Origin: Eledone cirrhosa
Taxonomy: Eukaryota
DNA length: 64,000 nucleotides
Assembly (NCBI GenBank): GCA_964016885.1
Contig: OZ024763.1
Coordinates: 8,556,001-8,620,000, forward strand
Reading direction: 5' to 3'
Shown in pieces: positions 53,836 to 64,000 of this stretch (positions are counted from its first letter, which is position 1; every line of letters starts with the position of its first letter). The translations under genes were made by a program, and so were the position numbers. The notes beneath the pieces are model-generated. The model did not search any database and was not told the DNA's origin. It saw nothing but the letters and a program-made list of their open reading frames with translations.

Positions 53836-55229
53836 CACACTCACTGTTTGGTTGGTATCTTTTATATCTCCACAGTTAATTCATTCGGTCCTCAATGTTT
53901 ACCATTGACTGACCAATTGTACAGATATAAACACACACATATATATAGTCTAACAAAGTTCTTTCGTTGCACATCTGCAACATCATCAGTGGTACTATTA
54001 TGTTCGTCCTGTTGTATTGTATGTCGACGCCATTTTTATTTTACCTGTTTATTTATTTATTTATTTGTGTCTTCGTCTCTGCGCATGCATTTGCGTGTGT
54101 GAATAGTGTTTGGTGTGTGTTCGCGTTTGGGTGACTGTGTTTTGGTTATTGTATTCTAACTTAGTTTACTAGTGTGTGTTTATATGTGTTTGTTGTTATT
54201 GTGCTTGTGTATATATTTTTTTATTTATTTATTTATATTTCTCTTAAGTCAGTCTTGTGTGTTTGGGTGTTGTTGTTATTCCATTCATTTTTTGTGTTTA
54301 GCTTTGGCTTCCTAAGCGCCATCTCGCTTGCTTCTCTGATTTGCCTACCTGTTCAGTCATTTCTATGTTTAGATATTATTTTAATTTCTATGTTGTCTAT
54401 ATTACCGTCATGTTGTCTGGCGTGTTCCTATAGTACTGAACCGTTTTTTTTTTTTGTCCTTTTAATTCTTTTTGTCCATTAATCCTTTTTTTCTAATGGT
54501 TGTAAAATAAAAACAGAAAGAAAGGTTACATGCACCTCTTGACTAGTATTGAGCCCTAGACCAGGTTTTCCACCTGCTCTAGTACTTACCGCTAGGCTAC
54601 AGAGCCAACTACAAAAACTTGTGAAAATTCATATTTATAAACCACATAGGAATAACCAGATTGTTACCAAAGGGCCAGAAGATTGATAAGTCGACCCTAA
54701 ATATTACTAATAGCTCTAGGAAAGCCATTTTAAACTTATATTTTGAAAGTAGGTTTATAATTATCAATTTTCCTTATAATCTTGTAGCTGTCTCGGTGGC
54801 CTAGTTGGAAGAGTCATAGACGGTGGTGATCTTCGTCTGAAGTTCAAGCACCTTTTCAGTTTTTTTCTATTGGTTGTAAAATAAAAACCGAAAAAGACCA
54901 GGATTGAACCCAAGAGAAGGATCTCCACCATCTCTAGTACTTACCGCTAGACCACAGAGACAACTACGAAAACGTCTGAAAATTCATACTTATAAACCTA
55001 CTTTCAGAATTTTCAAAACAAAGTGTTGTGGTGTCGTTCATGTCTTTCTTAATGCTATTGGTCCTACTTAAGGTCGACTTCTAAATCATTTGGGTGTTCT
55101 ATAAACTACATCCTCTTTTTGTTTCACATCTATCTGGACTATATTTTAACCTGTAATCCATGTTTCATTTCTTTTGCACAATGATTGGCATTATATATAT
55201 ATAATCCCGCCGAGGTTAACTTTGCCTTT

Positions 55230-55429
55230 NNNNNNNNNNNNNNNNNNNNNNNNNNNNNNNNNNNNNNNNNNNNNNNNNNNNNNNNNNNNNNNNNNNNNNN
55301 NNNNNNNNNNNNNNNNNNNNNNNNNNNNNNNNNNNNNNNNNNNNNNNNNNNNNNNNNNNNNNNNNNNNNNNNNNNNNNNNNNNNNNNNNNNNNNNNNNNN
55401 NNNNNNNNNNNNNNNNNNNNNNNNNNNNN
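55230..55429. other. Assembly gap (200 N)
   Basis: N run starting inside a SINE. Confidence 1.
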
Positions 55430-56889
55430 CCCCTCTTTCTAATTCATCATTCTCTTTACTCCGCTCATCCTGCGTCTTTCTCTCTTAGTCTCTCTTCTTT
55501 TTTACTCTTAACTTTCTATCTTTTTCTTACTGTCATTCTTCTTTATTAACTTATACACTTTCTTTCTCAGTTTCTCTCTTATCCTCCTCTCTGTTTATTT
55601 CTTTATCCTTCTCATCCGGCGTCCTTCAGTCTCTCACTATCCCTTTATCATATTGTCACTCCCCTTCTTTTTCTACACACTTTCTTTTAACTTACTCTCA
55701 CCACCACCACTACTACCACCATCACCACTACTGCTACTCCAACAGTAAACCTGCTGCCACCACCACCACCCTGCTACTGACTACTACTCCCACCACCACT
55801 CTTCCACTGCTACCACCACAACCTTCACTACGACAACTACTACTACCACCACCACCCTACCACTGCTACCACAACAACCACCACTACGACAACTACTACT
55901 CCCACCACCACAACTCTACTCCCACCAGCACCCTACCACTGCTACCATAACAGCCACCACTACGACAACAGCTACTCCAGCCACCACCCTAACACTGCTA
56001 TTACAACATCCACCACTACGACTACTCCCACCACCACTCTACCACTGCTACCACCACACTAACCCACCTACCACTATCCCTCTCACTCCAGCAAGGTACC
56101 CGCTCAATTCTCAGTGTTGTTATTAACCCAACCAACTTTATTCCGGGTAGATTTAACAACAAACTCACAACTTTTCTCCTTTCATTGCTTCTCCCTCTCT
56201 TTCTTCTCCAGTTCCATCCAATATTTAGGTATTTATCTCCTATATATATTTATATGTGTGTGTATATATATATATATGTATGTATATATATATTATATTT
56301 TCTTTTTTTCAAATCTTCATTCATATATTTTTCTGTCTGTCTGTGTGTCTCTGGATGTATATATATATATTATATATATACATGGCGTTGTTTAATATGC
56401 ATATATATATATATATATACATTGTGTTTAATATGCATATATATCTCTATATATATATATACATTGTGTTTAATATGCATATATATATATATATATACAC
56501 ACATTGTGTTTAATATGCATATATGAATATGTATATATATGCATCGTGTTGTTTAATATATATAAGTACATATGTGTGTATGCATATATATAATAGAGAT
56601 CGTGTTTGTGTATATATATGTATATGCGTCTGTGGTATTGTATAGTATATTTGTATGTATATATATATATGTGTGTATATGTATATATATATATAGTCTA
56701 TATAGTATATGTGTATATATATATATGTGTGTGTATATATAGATGTCTGTATGTATATATATATATATGTATATCCCGTCTTTGTGTTTAACCGTTGTCT
56801 ATCCCGCATGGGGGACAATTCTCTTCGTATTGAATATATATATATACACCACGATTATACATAACTACGTTTTCTCTGACACTTCATAT

Positions 56890-56921
<32 letters not shown>

Positions 56922-57937
56922 GTATGTATATATATATGCATGTATATATGTGTGTTTGTATATATATCATGTTTAATATATAAATAGCTTCTGCAGGACT
57001 AGAACTGTTTCATTCAAAATAAATAATCAGAAAAGCCCTTTCCTGATGATTTCCTTTGAATGAAACAGTTCTAGTCCTGTAGAAGCTATTTATATATTAA
57101 ACATGTTTACACTCTACTATTGTAGTGAGTACCTTACTTCTGTAATTTCTTGATTGAACCCGGGACATTTATATATATACATAAATATATACTTATATAT
57201 ATATACATATATACTTATATGTATATATATATATATACCATGACAGCCCGCCACAAGACTGCCTGTCTTTGTGTTTTGAATGAATAATGATTTCTCTCAG
57301 ACAAAACACAAAGGTATCATCATCATCGTCAATATATTTTAGTGATGGTTACTGTCAACTATATCAGTTATATCGATCTAATTGATCCAGGATCGCAGTA
57401 ATAATCGAAGCCGGTCTTGGCGGGATTTGATCACAAAATGTTGTATATGCCCCCTCATCATCAGCATCAACAATTTATTGATGATGTATAGATGTATCAG
57501 TGTATATATATATAAATTCATATATATATGTCCTACCCATGCTAACGTGGAAAATGGACGTTAAAAGATGATATATACATATATATATATACACGTTTAC
57601 TTTACACGATGTGTATAATATATATATATATATATATATACACTTTTACTTCACATTGTGTGAATGATATATACATACACATATATATATATGTGTTTAT
57701 ACATTAAGTATATATATACACGCATGTTTACACATTGTGTATAATGCATACATATATATATATATATGTATGCATGTTTGTGCTTGTACACAAAGTATAT
57801 ATATATATATATGTATATATACACACGTTTACTCCACACATTGTGTATATATATATATATACACACACGCCTGTGACCAAGTCTTCACTAGATGTTATCT
57901 TTTCTTTGTTAATAGTTTCTTTCAAATTTCCGGTATT

Positions 57938-57961
57938 GTTACTAGTGGGATATACATGGTG

Positions 57962-58013
<52 letters not shown>

Positions 58014-58041
58014 CATACATACACCATGTATATCCTACTAG

Positions 58042-58076
<35 letters not shown>

Positions 58077-58101
58077 CATACACCATGTATATCCTACTAG
58101 T

Positions 58102-58137
<36 letters not shown>

Positions 58138-58166
58138 CATACATACACCATGTATATCCTACTAGT

Positions 58167-58208
<42 letters not shown>

Positions 58209-58237
58209 CATACATACACCATGTATATCCTACTAGT

Positions 58238-58279
<42 letters not shown>

Positions 58280-58380
58280 CATACATACACCATGTATATC
58301 CCACTAGTAACAATATATATGTGTGTGTATGTATATATATATATTCACACACACCATGTATATCCCACTAGTAACAATAT
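57938..58380. repeat. Short unit plus (TA)n tandem (~6 copies) with one inverted copy
   Basis: caccatgtatatcc(t/c)actagtaa. Confidence 0.9.
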
Positions 58381-58580
58381 ATATATGTGTGTGTGTGTGT
58401 ACATAGATCCCCCCCCCCCATGTGGTGTCATTTGTGTATATATATATATATATATGTATGTATAATCTTGTTTTTATACATGTAAATGATTATTATACAC
58501 GTGTGGACGTGTATAATAGAAACGTATATAATATATATATAACAATGATAATGAGTAATATATATATATATATATATACA

Positions 58581-58667
58581 TACAGGGTGTCCCCAAAAAT
58601 GTATGCACACTTATTAGAATGAGAATGCTGTTGAAGTGTGTATACATTTTTATGGGACATCCTCTGT
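58581..58667. mobile_element. Tiny Tc1/mariner-type MITE; relatives at 32722-32800 and 58935-59008
   Basis: taCAGGGTGTCCCCAAAAATGTAT..ACACTT ... AAGTGTGTATACATTTTTATGGGACA. Confidence 0.7.
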
Positions 58668-58895
58668 GTGTTGTGTGTGTATATTTCACCTATTGTCTTC
58701 TTTTTTCACTCAGTGTGTCATGTTCCTATGCAATATATATATATATATATATATGCTTGCGTTTGTGTATATATATATGTAGATAGATATGTGTGTATAC
58801 ATCCATGTTCATAATGAACATTATAATGAAACATGAATGAATGTCATCACATCTCGGTTGATACAACATATTCCTTTAACACACCACAACGTACC

Positions 58896-58933
<38 letters not shown>

Positions 58934-60283
58934 TTGTCCCCCAAAAATATATACACACTTCAACAGCATTCTAATCAATGTGTATACATTTTTGGCGGAC
59001 ACCCTGTATACGTGTATGTATGTATGTATGTATGTATGTATATATACACATACATGTGTGTGTGTATACAACTTTGATAGATTTCAACCAGTATTGGCCC
59101 AGGCCATGTCTAACTTATGTATATATATATATATATACAGACGTGTATATGTGTGAGTGTGTGTATATATACATACACACATATATATACATGCCTCCCT
59201 TCCTAAACATGAGGATGTCCTGGGACAATATATATATTTTACATTTAGGTTTTATCTTTGTTGATGTTAAACCACAGAAAAGCAAGAGAGAGAGAGAGAG
59301 ACAGAAAAAGGGATCTATTTCTGTATCACCCTCCTTTCTCAGCCTCTTAACCCCTTCCCTTGTCTTTTAGCCTTTTAACCCCCTAACCCTTATCTTAACC
59401 CCTTACCAATGTGGGGAACCTGTACATGGTCATTCAATTTGCTAGAAATTGCAGCCAAATGCCTCTACATGTTAAAAAAAAAATGAAAGGATATATACGT
59501 TTGTTATAATCCTATAGATATATGTTAGTTATGTTGGTGGATGTTGAATGGGATGGCCATGGTTGGCACGGGTCTTCTCTTAGTGTTAAACCTGGCTCAC
59601 ACCAGTGTCCTTTCTCAGTAATTACAACCCTATAGATATATGTTGGCTGTTGGTAGGTGTTCAATGAGATGGTCGTGGTTGGGACGGATCTTGTCTTAGC
59701 GTTAAACCTGGTGCTGGCCTACACCAATGTCCTCAGTGGATCTACTGCTATCACTACCTTCACTACCATCATCATCAATAACAGCCCACCTCCATCATCA
59801 CTGCCACTATCTCTAGTCATCAACACCACCACTGCCTTGACCATGGCTGTCATTATCATATAGTACCACTGCCACTATAGTCACCACCATCTCCTCTGCC
59901 CTCACTACTACCGCCATCACCACCACCCCATCTACCTCAGCCACCATCCCCTCTGCCCTCACCACTACCCCTTCCTCTGCTGTCCCCACCATCAAGTTCT
60001 ACTCAAAAATATTTGGGAACCTCTCTCCCTCTCCCACTTGGGTTTCAAATGTCTTTTTAACCCTTTTAATACCAAACTTCCATTATATATATATATAAGA
60101 GCCTTTGTTGTACTCCAAACACCAGCTTATTGAAAAAGTTATATGACTAATCCCTTTAAATTCTGATTATTTGAAACTCAAGCAATGTCTGTTTTTCATT
60201 AGGAATATAGTACTGAAAGGGTGAAATGGGCTATGTGAACTGATGAACAACCTTTTTATGTAGTAAAACATGATCAAAGTTAA

Positions 60284-60872
60284 GACTGGGTATGTTGTAT
60301 TGTGACACAAACTACCATTTACAAGGTGGACTGGGTGTATATTATGACACCAACACTATCACTTTACTGGGTGTATATTATGACACCAACACTATCATTT
60401 TACAGAGTGTACTGGGTGTATATTATCATGACACCAACACTACCATTTTACAGAGTGTACTGGGTGTATATTATCATGACACCAACACTACCACTTTACA
60501 GAGTGGACTGGCTGTGTTGTATTGTGACACCAACACTACCATTTTACAGGGTGTACTGGGTATATTTTATCATGGCACCAGCTCTACAACATTACAGAGT
60601 AGACTAGGTATATTTTATCATGGCACCAGCAGTACCACTTTACTGGGTGTTTTATTGTGGCACCATCACTACCACTTTACAGGGTGAATGAGGTGTGTTT
60701 TATTGTGGCACCATCACTACCACTTTACAGGGTGTACTGGCTGTGTTGTATTGGGACACAACACTACCACTTTACAGGGTGAATGAGGTGTGTTTTATTG
60801 TGGCACCATCACTACCACTTTACAGGGTGTACTGGCTGTGTTGTATTGGGACACAACACTACCACTTTACAG
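60284..60872. repeat. Degenerate ~45-95-bp minisatellite
   Basis: Recurrent caacactaccactttacag.gtgtactgg. Confidence 0.8.
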
Positions 60873-61656
60873 GGCAGAGTCCTCAAACACTCCTTCCAGC
60901 AGGTCCAGTCAGAAACAAACGTCTCCAACTGATCCGCCTAGATTGCCAAGCGAGACCGGTCAAGCTGATGGATGTTACCCAACCATCTTGCTCAGAGTCT
61001 ACCCCTGGGTCTCCTGCCGGTTAGTTTTACCTGTAAAATTTGTCCAGCAATTTTTTTTCCTGAGATATTCTAACCACATGCCCATAGCATTGGAGCTGTG
61101 ATCTCTCAATTCAGAGTAGTAGCTCTACCTGGAGGGACTCTGATCTCTGAGCTGCGCACTCTATCAAGTAACGTTACTCCAAAAACCCTTCAGAGGAACC
61201 CCATTTTGGCCGCTTGTATTTATGATAGTATTCTTTCTGTCATTATCCAAGATTCATGACCACAGGTAAGGGCTGGCATGATTACCAAATTGATTACCAC
61301 TTTTACGCCTACCTCCCTTCTTATTACTGAATGCTGAAGCTAGCACAATTCTTGCACTTAATTCAGTCTCCTGCCTTCCATCACCTGTGAATACGGTTGA
61401 GAGATACTTGAACTTCTCTATCTGCTTCAGTGGAACTCCATTCACATGTAGTGTGCACTGCGCAGGCTTCCTTGAGAGGACGAGTGTCTCAGTTTTCACA
61501 GCACTCTGCATCAAACCCATCAAATGCAAGTCGAAGATCATTTTCTGTGGAGTTAAGTAACACCATGTTGTCTGTAAATTCCAGCCAAATGATTTTACAC
61601 CTGCCAGTCATGATACAACCTCCAACCTGGCTCCGCATGTAAATAATGAACATATC
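60873..61656 (-). mobile_element. RTE-clade LINE fragment (end of RT to C-terminus), degenerate
   Basis: LFIIYM-like, LEFTDNMVLL, KTETLVL, LKQIEKFKYL..VF..DG, LTCGHESWI, GRPRGR. Confidence 0.88.
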
Positions 61657-61765
61657 CCTCTCCTTTAAAACGACACGGTGCAAACGATGCCTGGAAAGCC
61701 TAACATCTCTTTGGTCAGGGTTGATCTAAGATTTAATATCAAATATAGGTGTACAGTAACAAAAC

Positions 61766-63657
61766 TGTCCACAATAGACTGGACAGTGGAGAGTACACCA
61801 TGTCCACATTACACCACAATAGACTGGACAGTGGAGAGTACACCATGTCCACATTACACCACAATAGACTGGACAGTGGAGAGTACACCATGTCCACATT
61901 ACACCACAATAGACTGGACAGTGGAGAGTACATCATGTCCACATTACACCACAATAGACTGGACAGTGGAGAGTACATCATGTCCACATTACACCACAAT
62001 AGACTGGACAGTGGAGAGTACACCATGTCCACATTACACCACAATAGACTGGACAGTGGAGAGTACACCATGTCCACATTTCACCACAATAGACTGGACA
62101 GTGGAGAGTACACCATGTCCACATTTCACCACAATAGACTGGACAGTGGAGAGTACATCATGTCCACATTACACCACAATAGACTGGACAGTGGAGAGTA
62201 CATCATGTCCACATTACACCACAATAGACTGGACAGTGGAGAGTACACCATGTCCACATTACACCACAATAGACTGGACAGTGGAGAGTACATCATGTCC
62301 ACATTACACCACAATAGACTGGACAGTGGAGAGTACATCATGTCCACATTACACCACAATAGACTGGACAGTGGAGAGTACATCATGTCCACATTACACC
62401 ACAATAGACTGGACAGTGGAGAGTACATCATGTCCACATTACACCACAATAGACTGGACAGTGGAGAGTACATCATGTCCACATTACACCACAATAGACT
62501 GGACAGTGGAGAGTACATCATGTCCACATTAAACCACAATAGACTGGACAGTGGAGAGTACACCATGTCCACATTACACCACAATAGACTGGACAGTGGA
62601 GAGTACACCATGTCCACATTACACCACAATAGACTGGACAGTGGAGAGTACACCATGTCCACATTACACCACAATAGACTGGACAGTGGAGAGTACATCA
62701 TGTCCACATTACACCACAATAGACTGGACAGTGGAGAGTACATCATGCGCACATTACACCACAATAGACTGGACAGTGGAGAGTACATCATGTCCACATT
62801 ACACCACAATAGACTGGACAGTGGAGAGTACATCATGTCCACATTACACCACAATAGACTGGACATTGGAGAGTACATCATGTCCACATTACACCACAAT
62901 AGACTGGACAGTGGAGAGTACATCATGTCCACATTACACCACAATAGACTGGACAGTGGAGAGTACATCATGCGCACATTACACCACAATAGACTGGACA
63001 GTGGAGAGTACATCATGTCCACATTACACCACAATAGACTGGACAGTGGAGAGTACATCATGCGCACATTACACCACAATAGACTGGACAGTGGAGAGTA
63101 CATCATGTCCACATTACACCACAATAGACTGGACAGTGGAGAGTACATCATGTCCACATTACACCACAATAGACTGGACATTGGAGAGTACACCATGTCC
63201 ACATTACACCACAATAGACTGGACAGTGGAGAGTACATCATGTCCACATTACACCACAATAGACTGGACAGTGGAGAGTACATCATGCGCACATTACACC
63301 ACAATAGACTGGACAGTGGAGAGTACATCATGTCCACATTACACCACAATAGACTGGACAGTGGAGAGTACATCATGTCCACATTACACCACAATAGACT
63401 GGACAGTGGAGAGTACATCATGTCCACATTACACCACAATAGACTGGACAGTGGAGAGTACACCATGTCCACATTACACCACAATAGACTGGACAGTGGA
63501 GAGTACACCATGTCCACATTTCACCACAATAGACTGGACAGTGGAGAGTACACCATGTCCACATTACACCACAATAGACTGGACAGTGGAGAGTACACCA
63601 TGTCCACATTACACCACAATAGACTGGACAGTGGAGAGTACACCATGTCCACAATAG
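61766..63657. repeat. 45-bp minisatellite, ~42 near-identical units
   Basis: acaatagactggacagtggagagtaca(c/t)catgtccacattacacc. Confidence 0.98.
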
Positions 63658-63659
63658 CC

Positions 63660-63850
63660 ACATTAGGCTCGCGAGATGGAATGGCTCTTTCAGCGCATCT
63701 CACTCACCATCCTCCATGGAAATGCCTTCTCTATTCTGTCTGGTGGGGCTGTGGGGTGGCCAGCGTGTGGGACCCCATTTGCTTATAATAGTGAGAGATG
63801 TGGAGGGTGAAAAAGACGGGGGCGATGACAGTGGGTGTTTGGCTCCTCTA
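63660..63850 (+). mobile_element. CRE-clade LINE 3' fragment
   Basis: REMEWLFQRISLTILHGNAFSIL; 3' UTR homologous to 30780-30960. Confidence 0.7.
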
Positions 63851-64000
63851 TGTTCAGACCTGGTGTACATGTGAGAGATGTGGAGGGCGAAGGAGATGGA
63901 GGCAATAACAGTGGGTGTTCCAGACCTGGTCTACATGTGTGTGTATGTTTACTTTGATATTATACACTTGGCTATATATATAGAAGTAGTGACACAGCAG

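Noticed and set aside
59378-59407. Telomere-like (TAACCC) run
   Set aside because: Only one exact unit; degenerate
61678-63788. Long repetitive ORFs; superficially CRISPR-like array
   Set aside because: 45-bp tandem units with no unique spacers; open on both strands because the unit length is divisible by 3; no cas genes; eukaryotic context

Overview
Repeat-rich animal genomic DNA, most likely an octopod cephalopod (inferred from the SINE types and the dense (TA)n/(CA)n/(GGT)n microsatellites). Almost every ORF in the supplied track is a microsatellite artefact. Reading splice sites on the minus strand gives two multi-exon genes. (1) A complete 10-coding-exon phospholipid scramblase (PLSCR family; ATG 41995 to TAA 33831; 1698 nt, 565 aa) with an unusually long N-terminal YP(N/T)QQPPQ repeat region encoded by one 939-nt exon. 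(2) An unannotated gene for a probably secreted glycoprotein (ATG 26084; 7 coding exons down to 1196; runs off the window start) built from three tandem 6-Cys modules with neuritin/RGM-N/DUF19-like spacing, each encoded by a phase 1-2-1 exon pair. Introns and intergenic DNA carry many short (TA)n-embedded elements with minimal hammerhead ribozyme motifs (about 7 sequence types, Penelope-like), often arranged as fold-back palindromes. Also present: R4/Dong, CRE and RTE LINE fragments, tRNA-derived SINEs, piggyBac/hAT/Tc1-type MITEs, several minisatellites (24, 45, 60, 61 bp units) and a 200-N gap. All calls were made by eye, without database searches.
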